The notes under the pieces: model-generated
What the model was told of the DNA's origin: nothing
Database searches by the model: none
What the model saw: only the letters and a program-made list of their open reading frames with translations
DNA from: Marine group II euryarchaeote REDSEA-S42_B7
GTDB taxonomy: Archaea > Thermoplasmatota > Poseidoniia > Poseidoniales > Thalassarchaeaceae
DNA: 64,000 nucleotides
Direction of reading: 5' to 3'
Assembly: GCA_001629255.1 (NCBI GenBank)
Contig: LURZ01000001.1
Span: forward strand, 6,850 to 70,849
Shown: one piece after another, positions 9,915-21,430 of the stretch
Layout of the letters: every line of letters starts with the position of its first letter
Numbering within the stretch: position 1 is the stretch's first letter
Program-made: the position numbers and the translations under genes

Positions 9915-11572
9915 ATTTTCATTCCCGATGCGGCCATCAGAAGACCCAGGAACGGTGGGCTGGGACGATCTGGCCTGGACTTGAATTCTGGGTGGTACTG
10001 AGTGCCAACGTAGTATGGGTGCCCATCAAGCTCCATTATCTCACAACGCTCCCCCGTCTCGTCCTTTCCTACGTAGACTAGGCCCGCCCCCTCGATATCT
10101 CCTATCAGTTCAGGATTTACCTCGTATCTATGCCGGTGCCTCTCGTCGACGTGCCCCTCCCCTCCATACAATCTCCTAATTTTGCAATCATCCACAAGGA
10201 ACGGGGTAGGCTTCGTCCCCAATCTCATAGTCCCCCCCATGTGGGTTTTGGAAATCTCGGGCATGAATACAACAGCTGCATGGGCTGGTTCCTCGTCGAA
10301 CTCAGTAGAATTGGCTCCTTCCATCCCGAGCACATTGCGGCAGAATTCGATTGTAGCGACCTGGAGTCCCAGACAGACACCGAGGTATGGGATTTTGTTC
10401 TCCCTCGCATATTCCGCCGCCTTGATTTTCCCCTCAATCCCCCTGATGCCGAATCCACCAGGGACCAGGATTCCATCAGCAGACCTGAGCAATTCCCATG
10501 CGGAATTGTAAGACTCGGAATCTGACTTCTCGGTATCCCCATCAAGTGCGGACGACTCGATCCAGTCGATCACAAGCTTCCTATTTACCTTGAAAGAGGC
10601 ATGCTGGAGGGCCTTAATGACACTTAGATAAGAGTCAGCGAGATCCGTGTACTTACCTGCTACTGCGATGTGAATTTCCTCCGCATCATCCAAAGTGTCA
10701 ACGTGATCAGCAAGCTCCTTCCAATCATCGAGCACTTTCCTCTTGGCAGGTATTTCGAAACCAAACCTGTCTGCCAGCATGCTCGTTACCCCCTGCGACT
10801 CGAGCATAATAGGAACCTGGTAGATGTTGGAAACATCATGTGCAGAGACGACCGCTTCTGGGGGGACGTGGCAGAAAGCAGAGATTTTGTTGCGGGTTTC
10901 GTCGATTAGCGGGCTCTTGGACCTGCAAACCAGCATGTGCGGATTTATACCAAGCCCTCTCAGTTCCTTAACCGTGTGCTGAGTAGGCTTGGTCTTCTGT
11001 TCCCCTACTGGACCCATAACTGGGATCAGGCTCACGTGAACGAAGCATACATTCTCCTGCCCTACTCTGAATTGGAACTGTCGCAGAGCTTCGACAAAGG
11101 GGGCGCTTTCAATGTCGCCGACTGTTCCACCTAGCTCGATTACGCAAGCATCGGGCTCGTTCCCGTTTCCATCGCTCGGCATATGGGCTACTCTCTCTAT
11201 CCAATCCTGTATTTCATTGGTGATATGTGGGATCACCTGAACGGTCTTTCCAAGGTAGTCCCCTCTCCTTTCCCTCTGAATCACCTTGTTGTACACCTTC
11301 CCTGTGGTGATGTTGTTATCTCTGGTCAGGCACACATCTAGGAATCTCTCGTAGTTACCGAGGTCTAGATCTACTTCACCTCCATCGTCTAGTACGAATA
11401 CCTCTCCATGCTCAAAGGGACTCATTGTCCCAGCATCCTCATTGAGGTAGGGATCAATTTTTACCGCGGTTACCCTAAGTCCAGCGCTTTTGAGCAGGAC
11501 TCCTATGCTACTAGCAGTCACTCCTTTGCCCAATCCAGAGAGCACTCCACCCGTCACAACGACATACTTCAT
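9911..11572 (-). CDS. pyrG: CTP synthase
   Basis: N-terminal [16 protein letters not shown], a C-terminal glutamine amidotransferase domain (GVCLGLQ) and a length of 553 aa. Confidence 0.92.
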   Translation of the reverse strand: MKYVVVTGGVLSGLGKGVTASSIGVLLKSAGLRVTAVKIDPYLNEDAGTMSPFEHGEVFVLDDGGEVDLDLGNYERFLDVCLTRDNNITTGKVYNKVIQRERRGDYLGKTVQVIPHITNEIQDWIERVAHMPSDGNGNEPDACVIELGGTVGDIESAPFVEALRQFQFRVGQENVCFVHVSLIPVMGPVGEQKTKPTQHTVKELRGLGINPHMLVCRSKSPLIDETRNKISAFCHVPPEAVVSAHDVSNIYQVPIMLESQGVTSMLADRFGFEIPAKRKVLDDWKELADHVDTLDDAEEIHIAVAGKYTDLADSYLSVIKALQHASFKVNRKLVIDWIESSALDGDTEKSDSESYNSAWELLRSADGILVPGGFGIRGIEGKIKAAEYARENKIPYLGVCLGLQVATIEFCRNVLGMEGANSTEFDEEPAHAAVVFMPEISKTHMGGTMRLGTKPTPFLVDDCKIRRLYGGEGHVDERHRHRYEVNPELIGDIEGAGLVYVGKDETGERCEIMELDGHPYYVGTQYHPEFKSRPDRPSPPFLGLLMAASGMKI

Positions 11573-11679
11573 CTCATCAACGGGGTCTGAATCACTTGCC
11601 CATCCCCTATCAACATTGGCACATAAGTTCCTGTTCCGCCCTTCTTTAATTTCAAGTATCGTCAGAATTACGGCTATAC

Positions 11680-12636
11680 ATGTCGAGCGTGCACGGCGAC
11701 AGAATCCTCGTTACCGGGGCCCTTGGACAGATAGGTACTGATCTTGTCCAAGCCCTTAGGAGGGAACATGGAAAAGACTCAGTAATCGCATCGGATATAA
11801 GGGATTCAGGTGGCCACTCATCGATTGAAGAAGGCCCCTATGTCCCTCTTGACGTTATGGACACGGATGCTATTTCGACAATTTGCAGGCAAGAGGGAAT
11901 TGGAACAGTATACCATCTAGCTGCGCTTCTTTCTGCGACTGGTGAAAGGAATCCGGATAAATGCAGGAGGGTAAATGTCGGAGGAACTATTTCGGTTCTC
12001 GAGGCGGCTAGGGAATGCTCTCTGAGGGTTTATGCACCCTCGTCCATCGCTGTTTTTGGTCCTGACGCCCCGAAGAATCCTCCTCAGGATGCACCTCTCA
12101 ATCCCACCACTGTCTATGGTGAGACTAAGGTTAGCGGAGAGGCTCTAGCCAGGGAATACAGACGAAGTCACGGAGTCGACACTAGGGGGATTAGGTATCC
12201 AGGACTCATTTCCTACAAAGCCCCTGCCGGAGGTGGCACTACCGACTATGCAGTAGAGATATTCCATGCAGCTCTCGATTCTGGGCATTACGAATGCTTC
12301 GTCAGAGCAGCTACCCGTCTCCCAATGCTATACATGGATGATGCAATCGAAGCCACGCTCACACTCATGGATGCAGAAGACGATCTTCTGGGCGATTCGA
12401 GGGCAGGCTACAACATCCCCTGCCTCTCATTCTCGGCGGAGGAACTAGCAAATGCGATTTCAGATCGGGTTGAAGGGTTCACCTGCGACTTCGTTCCCGA
12501 TGTAAGACAGGAGTATGCTGACTCATGGCCCGACTCAATAGACGGGACGGTGGCAGAGAGAGAGTGGGGGTGGAGCCCTCGCTTCGACCTAGAGTCGATG
12601 GTCGATGAGATGCTCAGAGGAATTTCCGGGAGCTAG
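11680..12636 (+). CDS. NAD-dependent epimerase/dehydratase family protein (GalE-like L-threonine 3-dehydrogenase candidate)
   Basis: [11 protein letters not shown] Rossmann motif, ASDIR, YGETK (YxxxK) and a length of 318 aa all fit GalE-like short-chain TDH. Confidence 0.5.
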   Translation: MSSVHGDRILVTGALGQIGTDLVQALRREHGKDSVIASDIRDSGGHSSIEEGPYVPLDVMDTDAISTICRQEGIGTVYHLAALLSATGERNPDKCRRVNVGGTISVLEAARECSLRVYAPSSIAVFGPDAPKNPPQDAPLNPTTVYGETKVSGEALAREYRRSHGVDTRGIRYPGLISYKAPAGGGTTDYAVEIFHAALDSGHYECFVRAATRLPMLYMDDAIEATLTLMDAEDDLLGDSRAGYNIPCLSFSAEELANAISDRVEGFTCDFVPDVRQEYADSWPDSIDGTVAEREWGWSPRFDLESMVDEMLRGISGS

Positions 12637-14288
12637 TCCTCTGAACTCTCCCAATCTGGTGTACTTGGGTCCGTCCTGGCCCAGAGGACATCGTCGATCC
12701 TTAGAACGCCGATTGCAGCCTCCGTGGCCGCCGACAAGGCGTTACTAACCACGAATTCTGTGTCCAGAATACCCAACTCTTCCATATCGCAGTTTTTTCC
12801 ACTTTGCAAGTCAAAGCCAACCCACGCCCCGCTATCCTTCTGGTCAGCCGACAAGGAGAGGATGACTTCCACGGGATCCCTCCCCGCATTCTCAGCGAGA
12901 ATCCTAGGAATAGACTCCAGAGCAGAGGCATATGCCTCTATGGCAAGCTGTTCCCTCCCGGACTGGGTCTGCGAGAACGCTCTGAGATGACCAGCTAGGT
13001 GTGCTTGAATGGCCCCTCCACCGGGAAGTACTCCTGGCTTGCTGTTGAGTCGGTGGGCAACTCCAATTGCATCATCGAAAATCCTAATCGCCTCATCCCT
13101 AATCTCCGGAGTCGACCCCCTAATGACCAGAGTCATGCCTCCTCCTAAGCCCTCAATGAGTGTGTGCTTGACTTCGGAGACGACCTCTTCTGACCTCTTC
13201 GAGTAGCTCCCGATATCGTCTGCGCTCAAAACCTCAGCCTTTCTGATTGGGGTTGCACCGGTAATCCGGGAAAGCAAGTCCATGTCCTCCCTCTCGAACC
13301 TCCTGTATGCAGTAATTCCAGAATCCGTGAGCATGGAAACCGCCTCGTCATCAATCCCCTCCCTTACTACCAGCAAATCAACTCCCATTGCCTCGAGGTG
13401 ATCCACTTGCTTTCGCAAGTTCTGCCTTGATCTTCTGTGGAAATCCTGGAGAGTCCCCGGACTACTAATCTCGATAGACGCGCTAATCTCTAATTTCTGC
13501 TTATCCAGGCCGCCATCGATAATTGCTATACGGCCTCCGTCAGAATTTGCCTCAGTGGATATATCGACTCTGGACTTTAGCAACATCAAGCCTCTTTCTA
13601 ATGAGCTATCCATAACTCCGCCTTCCTTAATCTGGAGACGTTTCACAAACATCCTCTCAATATCGTCTCCATCCCCTAAATCGATTAGCGAGTCTGCAGC
13701 CTCGATTGCTAAATCAGACAAGATGTCGCATAGCGACGAATCTCCTTTGCCTTGTAGTGAAGTTCGAATAACTTGGAATTTCTGACTCTGATTGGAGGTC
13801 TTAGAAACCCTTGAAATCTCAGAAATAGCCTCATCCAGCGCCAAGGAGTATCCATTGACAATTATTGATGGATGTACGCCCATCCTCACCAATTCCAGGG
13901 CATTCTGGAGCATCTCCGAAATCAATAGGACCGTGGTGGTGGTTCCGTCCCTCGCAGAACGATCCTGCGATGAAGAGGCATCGATCAACATCCTAGCCGT
14001 GGGATGCTCGACATTGGCGGTCTCCAGAACAGTTACCCCGTCGTTGGTCACCAATGCGGTTCCGTCAGCGTCTACAAGCATCTTATCGAGGCCCTTGGGT
14101 CCTAGCGTAGAGCGAATCGCCCCGGCTAGAGATGAAGCCGCCCTGACGTTGTTTACAAGCGCGGTTCTTCCATGTATTCTATCAGTATCCTCAATAGCCA
14201 AATCGTAATCTGAGTCTACCATGGTGCAATGGCCACTGAAGACCCCGTTTTCAATACAATCATCGGGTTCTAGGTCGATTTCGGTCAA
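12633..14288 (-). CDS. ths: thermosome subunit (group II chaperonin)
   Basis: Group II chaperonin signatures (GPKGLDKML, VPGGGAIQ) and a length of 551 aa. Confidence 0.9.
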   Translation of the reverse strand: MTEIDLEPDDCIENGVFSGHCTMVDSDYDLAIEDTDRIHGRTALVNNVRAASSLAGAIRSTLGPKGLDKMLVDADGTALVTNDGVTVLETANVEHPTARMLIDASSSQDRSARDGTTTTVLLISEMLQNALELVRMGVHPSIIVNGYSLALDEAISEISRVSKTSNQSQKFQVIRTSLQGKGDSSLCDILSDLAIEAADSLIDLGDGDDIERMFVKRLQIKEGGVMDSSLERGLMLLKSRVDISTEANSDGGRIAIIDGGLDKQKLEISASIEISSPGTLQDFHRRSRQNLRKQVDHLEAMGVDLLVVREGIDDEAVSMLTDSGITAYRRFEREDMDLLSRITGATPIRKAEVLSADDIGSYSKRSEEVVSEVKHTLIEGLGGGMTLVIRGSTPEIRDEAIRIFDDAIGVAHRLNSKPGVLPGGGAIQAHLAGHLRAFSQTQSGREQLAIEAYASALESIPRILAENAGRDPVEVILSLSADQKDSGAWVGFDLQSGKNCDMEELGILDTEFVVSNALSAATEAAIGVLRIDDVLWARTDPSTPDWESSED

Positions 14289-14357
14289 CCTCCTCCCGTT
14301 TGATTCAAATACCCCCTCCGTCTCCCACTATACAACTCAAGGTTAACTAGTGATACA

Positions 14358-14960
14358 ATGACAGAAGAAAATTGGGACGATTTCGATGAAGAGGCAATGG
14401 ATGAAATGGCCCGAATGTTCGAGCGAATGGGTATGCCAGTGGACGTTGATGTGCTAAGATCTCTGATTAAGCAAGTAAGGAACCAGTTTGAACAGCTGGG
14501 GATTGACCCAAAGAAAGTCTCGATGGACGAGGTCAAGTTAGGTGTAGATTCCGATCCCGAGGAGTTCATGAAGAACTTCGAATCTATGCTGAGCGGCCCC
14601 CAGGGTCTTGGCGAGTTTCTCAAGAAGATGGGATTGGATATTCACATCAAGCCATCAGTCTCGGAGGTCAGAGTAGACGTCGACGAAAGTAATAATTCAG
14701 ACGAGGACAACTCAATTTCTTCCGATGATGTATACATCAAGGAAAACGAGATGTACGTCACTATCGATGTTTCCAGGTACGAGGATATAGATCGGGATAA
14801 CCTCGAAATTAGCCTTACAGGTGGAGGCGAGGTGCTGCAATTGCTAAGGAAGAATCAGATTAGACCATTCAGGAACTTCGTACTTCCACAAGCCTCCTCT
14901 GGAGATTTCCAGTGGGAAATTAACAACGGCATACTGGACATGACATTCGAACTGAAGTAG
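14358..14960 (+). CDS. Hsp20/alpha-crystallin-like small heat-shock protein (tentative)
   Basis: An acidic N-terminus is followed by an alpha-crystallin-like C-terminus (…[11 protein letters not shown]…GEVLQL…[10 protein letters not shown]). It sits immediately upstream of dnaK. It is not GrpE; the real grpE is at 45937. Confidence 0.4.
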   Translation: MTEENWDDFDEEAMDEMARMFERMGMPVDVDVLRSLIKQVRNQFEQLGIDPKKVSMDEVKLGVDSDPEEFMKNFESMLSGPQGLGEFLKKMGLDIHIKPSVSEVRVDVDESNNSDEDNSISSDDVYIKENEMYVTIDVSRYEDIDRDNLEISLTGGGEVLQLLRKNQIRPFRNFVLPQASSGDFQWEINNGILDMTFELK

Positions 14961-14961
14961 T

Positions 14962-16863
14962 TTGAGAAAAAAATCAGGAGAAATAGAAATGGGATCAGCA
15001 GTAATTGGAATTGACCTAGGAACGACAAACAGTTGTGTTGCAACTATAGAAGGAGGAAAAGCGGTAGTGATACCGAACTCGGAGGGCTCCAGAACCACTC
15101 CCAGCGTAGTCGCCTTCTCGAAGGAAGGGGAGAGGCTGGTAGGTGTCACTGCCAAGAGGCAGGCCGTGACTAACTCTGAGAGGACAATAATTTCAGTAAA
15201 GAGAGAGATGGGAACAGATTGGGCGCAAGAAATAGACGGGGACAACTATTCGCCTCAGGAGATATCGGCATTCGTTCTTCAGAAGCTGAAGTCAGATGCA
15301 GAGGAATATTTGGGTACCGAGGTCAAGCAAGCTGTAGTCACTTGCCCAGCGTACTTCTCCGATGCACAAAGAAAGGCAACCAAGGATGCGGGTAGGATTG
15401 CAGGACTAGAGGTTCTCAGAATAATCAACGAGCCGACTGCCGCAGCACTGGCCTACGGAGTCGACAAGGAAGAAGACCAAACGGTCTTGGTTTACGACCT
15501 GGGGGGAGGTACCTTCGATGTGTCCATTCTAGAGATTTACCAGGTCGACGGTCAACCTCAGATAGAGGTTAAAGCAACTAGCGGCGATAACAGACTCGGT
15601 GGTGACGATTTCGATGAGGCGGTTATGGATTGGATAGTCTCCGAGTTCAAGAAATCCACTGGAATAGAACTAGAGAAGGATCTACAGGCAATGAGCAGGA
15701 TCAGAGAAGCCGCCGAGAAGGCCAAAATAGAACTGTCCACAACACCATCCACCCAGATTAATCTACCATTTATCACAATGATCGATGGTCAGCCAGAGCA
15801 TCTAGACATGGCCCTGTCTCGTTCGAAGTTTGAGAAGCTTACAGCGTCTCTTGTTGAGAGGACTATGTCTCCGACCCGTCAGGCAATGAAGGATGCTTCA
15901 ATCAAGAAGGGAAATGTCGACAAGGTCCTGCTAGTAGGCGGCTCAACTAGGATTCCCGCTGTTCAGCAAGCGATTGAGAAGGAGGTCGGTAAGGCCCCAT
16001 TCAAAGGAATAAACCCCGATGAGGCGGTGGCCATGGGTGCCGCCCTCCAAGCTGGAATCATCGTTGGAGACGAGGGAGTCACGGACGTGCTGTTACTGGA
16101 CGTCACGCCCCTCACTCTGGGAATCGAGACTTTGGGAGAGGTTACTACTACGATGATAGAGAGAAACACCACCATTCCCTCTCGTAGGTCTGAGACTTTC
16201 TCTACGGCAGCAGATAACCAACCTGCCGTAGAGGTACATGTATTGCAAGGTGAGAGAGAGTTTGCCAAGGACAACATAACCTTGGGACGTTTCCACCTGA
16301 TGGGGATCCCAGCTGCACCAAGGGGTATCCCGCAGATTGAGGTAACATTCGATATAGATGCAAATGGGATAGTCAACGTTTCCGCTAAGGACTTGGGAAC
16401 AGGAACCGAACAATCGATCAAGATAGAGAGCCAAACCTCTCTTTCCGAGGATGAGATTAGGCAGAAAATAGAGGATGCCGAAAAGTTTGCAGAAGAGGAC
16501 AAGAGGAAGAAGGCTAAGGTAGAGATGCGCAACTCTGCAGACAGCGTAGTCTATCAGACTAGGAAGATGATAGAAGAGAACGAGGAGAAACTCGCCGATG
16601 AAGACACCAAGCCAGTCCTAGAGAAGCTGGACGAACTCGAGGCTCTGATAGTCAAGGACGAGACTCCTGTTCCACTGGAGGAAATAGATGAGGCTGCAAT
16701 CCAGGCAAAGATGTCAGAACTGGAGGAATCAATGCACTCTATCTCAACTAAACTGTACGAAGCCGCGGCTGCAGAGATGGCCGAGGAAAAGGACGATAGC
16801 GGTGACGATGGAGTCGTTGATGCAGACTTCGAGGTCGTTGACTCCGAGGAAGAAGAGGACTGA
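14962..16863 (+). CDS. dnaK: molecular chaperone DnaK (Hsp70)
   Basis: Hsp70 signatures [24 protein letters not shown] and [14 protein letters not shown], with an acidic EEVD-like tail. Confidence 0.93.
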   Translation: MRKKSGEIEMGSAVIGIDLGTTNSCVATIEGGKAVVIPNSEGSRTTPSVVAFSKEGERLVGVTAKRQAVTNSERTIISVKREMGTDWAQEIDGDNYSPQEISAFVLQKLKSDAEEYLGTEVKQAVVTCPAYFSDAQRKATKDAGRIAGLEVLRIINEPTAAALAYGVDKEEDQTVLVYDLGGGTFDVSILEIYQVDGQPQIEVKATSGDNRLGGDDFDEAVMDWIVSEFKKSTGIELEKDLQAMSRIREAAEKAKIELSTTPSTQINLPFITMIDGQPEHLDMALSRSKFEKLTASLVERTMSPTRQAMKDASIKKGNVDKVLLVGGSTRIPAVQQAIEKEVGKAPFKGINPDEAVAMGAALQAGIIVGDEGVTDVLLLDVTPLTLGIETLGEVTTTMIERNTTIPSRRSETFSTAADNQPAVEVHVLQGEREFAKDNITLGRFHLMGIPAAPRGIPQIEVTFDIDANGIVNVSAKDLGTGTEQSIKIESQTSLSEDEIRQKIEDAEKFAEEDKRKKAKVEMRNSADSVVYQTRKMIEENEEKLADEDTKPVLEKLDELEALIVKDETPVPLEEIDEAAIQAKMSELEESMHSISTKLYEAAAAEMAEEKDDSGDDGVVDADFEVVDSEEEED

Positions 16864-18387
16864 TCAATCCTCGGTAATCAGTCTGTGTAGGGTCCTGACG
16901 TGGACACCAGATGTGCCATATTGGAAGAGAGGGTTCGCCCCTTCCGAACGAGCCTTAGATCCAGGTCCCCATGCAGTTCCAGCGATATCTAGATGCACCC
17001 ACGGAATCTTCTCTGCATCCTCCTCGAATCCCCTAGTCGGAACAAAGAACTCTAGGAATGATGCAGCAGTGTTAGAGGAGCCTGCCCTGCCTCCAATCGA
17101 GCCGTTCCTGATGTCAGCGAATGCAGAGTCGGTCATGTACTTGCGGAACTGAGCGTTAAGAGGCATCCTCCAGACAGGCTCCCCGCTCCTCTTTGCAGCC
17201 GCTTTGAGCCTCTTTGCAATCCCCTCATCGTTCGCCCACATTCCCGATATCTGGTTCCCTAGGGCAACAACCACTGCTCCGGTAAGCGTCGCAAGATCCA
17301 CGATGTATTCTGGGTCTAACTCGCCCGCCTTCCATAGTCCATCAGCCAGAACATTCCTGCCCTCGGCATCAGTGCTGAACACCTCGATCGTCTTCCCAGA
17401 GTACGTTTTGAAAACGTCGCCGGGCCTGTAAGCCCCAGACCCGGGCATATTCTCCGCTAGGCAAGCGATTCCGTTCACCCTCCTCTGATATCCGGTGGCG
17501 TGTAGCGAGTGCATTAGGCCGAATACTGTCGCAGCTCCGCACATGTCGTACTTCATGTCCCACATCCCTCCAGTGGGCTTGATCGAAATTCCACCGGTGT
17601 CGAATGTAATTCCCTTCCCTACAATACAGGGCCGCTGCACTCCTTCATCAGCATGCGGATTCAATGTGAATAGGACCATGCAGGGTTTTCGATCGCTCCC
17701 CTTGCCAACGTTGATCAGTCCTCCCATGCCGAGCTCTTGCAGTTTCTCCCAATCGTATACCTCTACCTCTACGTTGACCTTGTCCTTGGCCCAATCCTCC
17801 GCTCTCTTTGCGTATTCCATTGGGTAAAGCACGTTTGCAGGCTCATTGCCCAAGTCCCTTGCTAGATGGACTCCTTCCGCCACTGAACCTACCTTGTTTA
17901 GCCCTCGGGACAATGACTCCTGATACCTCGAGCTTGCTTGGAAAGACACGTTCCAAGGGTCAGATATGTGATCCTTGGGTGACTCTTGATGCTCCAGGAA
18001 CTCGTAGTCTCGAAGCAGCATACCCTCGGCGAAGTCGATCATCCTCTCCACCGACCAACCTGAGGTGAATCTCACCGTCACGTCGATGCCCTTCTTCTTG
18101 GACATGGAAGCTATCAGCCTGGCACCAGTATTCCTAGCCCTCTTGTGTCCGAGAGAATCCTTCTCCCCCATGCCGACCAGGACGATATTGCACCCTGGAG
18201 TCCAAAGCGTCATCCTCTTGCCTTTCTTCCCGTCGAAGCTTCCAGATGAGAGGGCGTCTTTCACCAGACTACGTTGACTCCTACTCAGCCCGCTTAGGGA
18301 GTTGTTTGGCGCCTTATCGACCCCTTCGAAGAGAGGGAGAACCATTTGCGATCCTAATTCTGTAAATTCACTGCTTGCTATATTCAT
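16864..18387 (-). CDS. pepA: leucyl aminopeptidase (peptidase M17)
   Basis: NTDAEGR motif (VFSTDAEGRNVLAD) and an M17 catalytic domain. The start is probably the internal ATG (MNIASSEF, about 18387) rather than the track start at 18429. Confidence 0.85.
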   Translation of the reverse strand: MNIASSEFTELGSQMVLPLFEGVDKAPNNSLSGLSRSQRSLVKDALSSGSFDGKKGKRMTLWTPGCNIVLVGMGEKDSLGHKRARNTGARLIASMSKKKGIDVTVRFTSGWSVERMIDFAEGMLLRDYEFLEHQESPKDHISDPWNVSFQASSRYQESLSRGLNKVGSVAEGVHLARDLGNEPANVLYPMEYAKRAEDWAKDKVNVEVEVYDWEKLQELGMGGLINVGKGSDRKPCMVLFTLNPHADEGVQRPCIVGKGITFDTGGISIKPTGGMWDMKYDMCGAATVFGLMHSLHATGYQRRVNGIACLAENMPGSGAYRPGDVFKTYSGKTIEVFSTDAEGRNVLADGLWKAGELDPEYIVDLATLTGAVVVALGNQISGMWANDEGIAKRLKAAAKRSGEPVWRMPLNAQFRKYMTDSAFADIRNGSIGGRAGSSNTAASFLEFFVPTRGFEEDAEKIPWVHLDIAGTAWGPGSKARSEGANPLFQYGTSGVHVRTLHRLITED

Positions 18388-18395
18388 ATTTAGCC

Positions 18396-18412
18396 CCAAA
18401 TAGCCGGTTAGT
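18396..18412. promoter_or_regulatory. perfect palindrome CCGGTTA-G-TAACCGG between a TATA-like tract and the preferred pepA start
   Basis: A 15-nt inverted repeat visible in the sequence. It is a candidate operator or transcription-factor site. Confidence 0.3.
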
Positions 18413-18467
18413 AACCGGTTTACAAACAATTCCTACTAAAAAATACACTTTCAGAGTCAAAATAATA

Positions 18468-19901
18468 CTAGTGCTTTTCAACTCTGACCTCTCTCTTGCC
18501 TAATGCAGCCAGGAAAATGCAGGCTATGCTAAGAAATACCGATGGCGATGGAAGGGCCGCGTTTCTACTGGGCCTATCCTCGATGATTGAATCGTTGACA
18601 GGTTCCGAGATCCACCCCGAAGCATCTATCACTCTCTTCTGGTAGAATAGGTGGAAAGCTCCTTGGCCATCAGAAATAGGCGCATCTCCGAAGTTAAGAA
18701 TCGACTCCGTGCTGTTGGTGGCGTTCACTCCGAATCCACACCCAGGAGAAGAGTAGTTGAATCCAAGACCCTCAATCTCACAGGGCGATTTTCCTGGATC
18801 ATCTCCGACTGGGAACCATGTTCTCTCCTCTGTAACATACGTCAAGGTGGCGTTACCGGTACTCGCTCTCCCGAGGTTGGACACCTCCAGGCGGACCTCG
18901 CCCCCCCTTTCTATCACCATTGCATCAATGAAGAGACGAGCTCTCCAGTACCAGACATTCTCAATCAGATACAACATCACATCCAGCTCCTCAGCCAGCC
19001 TATCAGATACCGACTCAACCGTCCCAAGCAGGAACTGCTCGTCATCAGTCTCAAACGTGAAAGTCGGGTAGCCCATGACACCATAGCCGTAGTCTCGGCT
19101 AGTGCCGCAATTCGGGTATAGGCCTTGGTTCGCGTTTCGAATAGGAATGTCCGAAATGTTCGAGTTCACTTCGTCTCTAATGTGGTGATACATCTCCCAG
19201 TCAGGAGGTTGCTCTGGCCATTTCCCCCATGGATACAGCATAATCCAAACTCCGGTATGCATCGTGACGTACAAATCTGCATCAGGAACTACATCATTCA
19301 TGTAAATTGAATTTGCAAGAGTCTCTGACTCACTGAATGCAGAGCTCCCTGGCTGAGTGGTAGGGCATGTGTTCCAGTAATGATCGTAGTTTCTATTCAG
19401 GTCTACTTGGTTCACGTTCCATCTGGTATCAAAGTCATTTCCATCTGCATTCAGCATGATTAGGATGTGCAACTCGGTAGTTGAAAGAACATCTATCACA
19501 TCCTGCTCACCATCAGACCACCCCTCGATGTAATACTCTGCAGTGATGAATGCCAACTCCGTCCCCAAATGCTCGTTACCATGATGGCCGCCGTCGATGT
19601 ACACCACTTCTTTGGCAGTTCCATCTGGCTTGGCCTCCAGACTCCAATCTGAAATTTGTAACATCCAGAGATTTCTTCCAAGTTCTGTTTCGCCTACAAC
19701 TAGCAGGTTCACGATATCTGGATGTTCATCCGCCCATGCATTTAGGTCGAGGGTAAGTGTAGCATATGAGTGGTACCAGTGTTCCTGGATAATATCCGGT
19801 TGGCTAATCTGGGCCGATACTGCAGGTGAAACAGATGCAAGTGCAAATGAAGCAACCAGAATTGTCGCTATCCAGCGGCGCATGCGCCGCTGTAGGGGCA
19901 A
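18468..19901 (-). CDS. secreted zinc carboxypeptidase (M14-like) with C-terminal membrane anchor
   Basis: An N-terminal signal peptide (…ASFALASVSPAVSAQ), an M14 zinc-binding pattern (…VYIDGGHHGNEHLG…) and a C-terminal hydrophobic anchor followed by basic residues. Confidence 0.6.
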   Translation of the reverse strand: MPLQRRMRRWIATILVASFALASVSPAVSAQISQPDIIQEHWYHSYATLTLDLNAWADEHPDIVNLLVVGETELGRNLWMLQISDWSLEAKPDGTAKEVVYIDGGHHGNEHLGTELAFITAEYYIEGWSDGEQDVIDVLSTTELHILIMLNADGNDFDTRWNVNQVDLNRNYDHYWNTCPTTQPGSSAFSESETLANSIYMNDVVPDADLYVTMHTGVWIMLYPWGKWPEQPPDWEMYHHIRDEVNSNISDIPIRNANQGLYPNCGTSRDYGYGVMGYPTFTFETDDEQFLLGTVESVSDRLAEELDVMLYLIENVWYWRARLFIDAMVIERGGEVRLEVSNLGRASTGNATLTYVTEERTWFPVGDDPGKSPCEIEGLGFNYSSPGCGFGVNATNSTESILNFGDAPISDGQGAFHLFYQKRVIDASGWISEPVNDSIIEDRPSRNAALPSPSVFLSIACIFLAALGKREVRVEKH

Positions 19902-19911
19902 TAACGTACAA

Positions 19912-20868
19912 TTATTCTCCTATTTTGGTCTCAGAATTGGCTATGTGGCACGCCACTATCTTCGTCGCGATAAGTGCCGCACTGAACTCAGTCAATGAAC
20001 CCTCAGTCCCTGGAACGATTTCGTTTACGTCCGCACCAACAACTTCGCAATTCCCAGATGCGAATAGATTTTCAATCAATTCTACTGAACCCCAGTGACT
20101 CAATCCCCCTGGAACTGGTGTCCCTGTTGCTGGAACTAGTGAACCATCAAGACCATCAACGTCGAAGGTTAGCCAAACTGGGCCAGAGATGCTTGAAACC
20201 CTCTCCACTAAACTCTCCCATACTAGCCTCCCATCAACGATGGATAGTAGATCTCTTGCGAACCAAGCCTCAACTCTATCTTCGTTCTGTATCGCCTCTT
20301 CTTCTTCATGACTGTATGCTCTAACCCCAATCTGTATGACTCTGCCCACCCCCAAATCCAGAGCTCGACGAATAACTGTCCCATGGGAAAACCTCTCTCC
20401 ATTCAACTCCTCCCTCAGATCAGCATGTGCGTCAATCTGAACTATTGTCAGTTCTGAAATGTCCCTAACTGAAGGGTGCTGGTGTAAATTCTCCAGAATC
20501 GGAAGTAGTATCCCATGTTCGCCCCCAAGAACCAGAGGGAACTCCTGCCCAGTAAACCATGGTCTAACATGTTCTCCGATGGAGTCCAATTGTTCCCTGA
20601 GGCTTGGCGCCTCAGAGGACCATGGTGCCGCAGTGTGAATTCGTGCCCCACTCGGCAGATCTTCTGAGAGAATTGAGTCATGCAACTCTACCTGAGCACT
20701 TGCTTCGATGCATGCCCTAGGGCCGCGACGAGTTCCTTCTCCGTAACTGCAAGTCATCTCAAGAGGAATCTGCAGTATTACGATATCCCAAGGGGCACTT
20801 TCCGACTCCTCAAGTGCGAGGAAAGTATGGCTGCCGGGCTCATCCATGGTTGCTCGAGAAGAGAGCAC
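19912..20868 (-). CDS. arginase/agmatinase/formiminoglutamase-family ureohydrolase
   Basis: The Mn-binding motifs GGEHGI, DAHADL and SFDVDGLD are characteristic of the ureohydrolase family. Confidence 0.75.
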   Translation of the reverse strand: MLSSRATMDEPGSHTFLALEESESAPWDIVILQIPLEMTCSYGEGTRRGPRACIEASAQVELHDSILSEDLPSGARIHTAAPWSSEAPSLREQLDSIGEHVRPWFTGQEFPLVLGGEHGILLPILENLHQHPSVRDISELTIVQIDAHADLREELNGERFSHGTVIRRALDLGVGRVIQIGVRAYSHEEEEAIQNEDRVEAWFARDLLSIVDGRLVWESLVERVSSISGPVWLTFDVDGLDGSLVPATGTPVPGGLSHWGSVELIENLFASGNCEVVGADVNEIVPGTEGSLTEFSAALIATKIVACHIANSETKIGE

Positions 20869-20962
20869 AGATTAACCACTTCGGGCGGGTTGAGCCATAG
20901 AAATAGAGCAATTAGCAAGATGTTTGAAATAACCTCGGCCTCCATAGCGAGCCGGTGAGAAG

Positions 20963-21373
20963 ATGGGACTAACGCTAGCACAGCTTACTCATGCCATCAA
21001 GAGCAAGGTGGATGTCACTATGGAGACTCATGTGGCTGAGTCAATAGCAGAACATGCATTGGGCTTCTTCGGCTTCTCAAACAGAATTATCGATAATGCA
21101 CTCGAGCCAACAGACAGGAACATGTTCTACCAGTTGCAGGACTATGATCTGTTGACCACGGAGTCCGAGGAGACCACCCTCTGGGATGGAAGGGAGTGGA
21201 GAATTCACTACTGGAAGTTCAAAGCAAACGCTGAGAACTTCGCCAACTTGGCTGTTCAGAATGAAGACAAGGGAGAGGAGGATCCATATGCTGATATCTA
21301 TGACGGTATGCCTGCAGGTCTTTGGAGAGAGAGGTCAGGGGTGGACGACGACTATGAGGAGCCATTGTTCTAG
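20963..21373 (+). CDS. hypothetical acidic protein
   Basis: The ORF has coding-like composition and no recognisable motifs. Confidence 0.3.
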   Translation: MGLTLAQLTHAIKSKVDVTMETHVAESIAEHALGFFGFSNRIIDNALEPTDRNMFYQLQDYDLLTTESEETTLWDGREWRIHYWKFKANAENFANLAVQNEDKGEEDPYADIYDGMPAGLWRERSGVDDDYEEPLF

Positions 21374-21430
21374 TGGTGCTAGCAGTCATGCCAGGAATTG
21401 TTTGAAATGCCGCAGTGTGCGGAGGACAAC

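Noticed and set aside
14358-14960. Considered calling the 200-aa ORF upstream of dnaK as GrpE, which is the canonical operon position
   Set aside because: The sequence lacks the GrpE coiled-coil/beta-domain pattern and ends with an alpha-crystallin-like block. A clear GrpE is present at 45937-46503.
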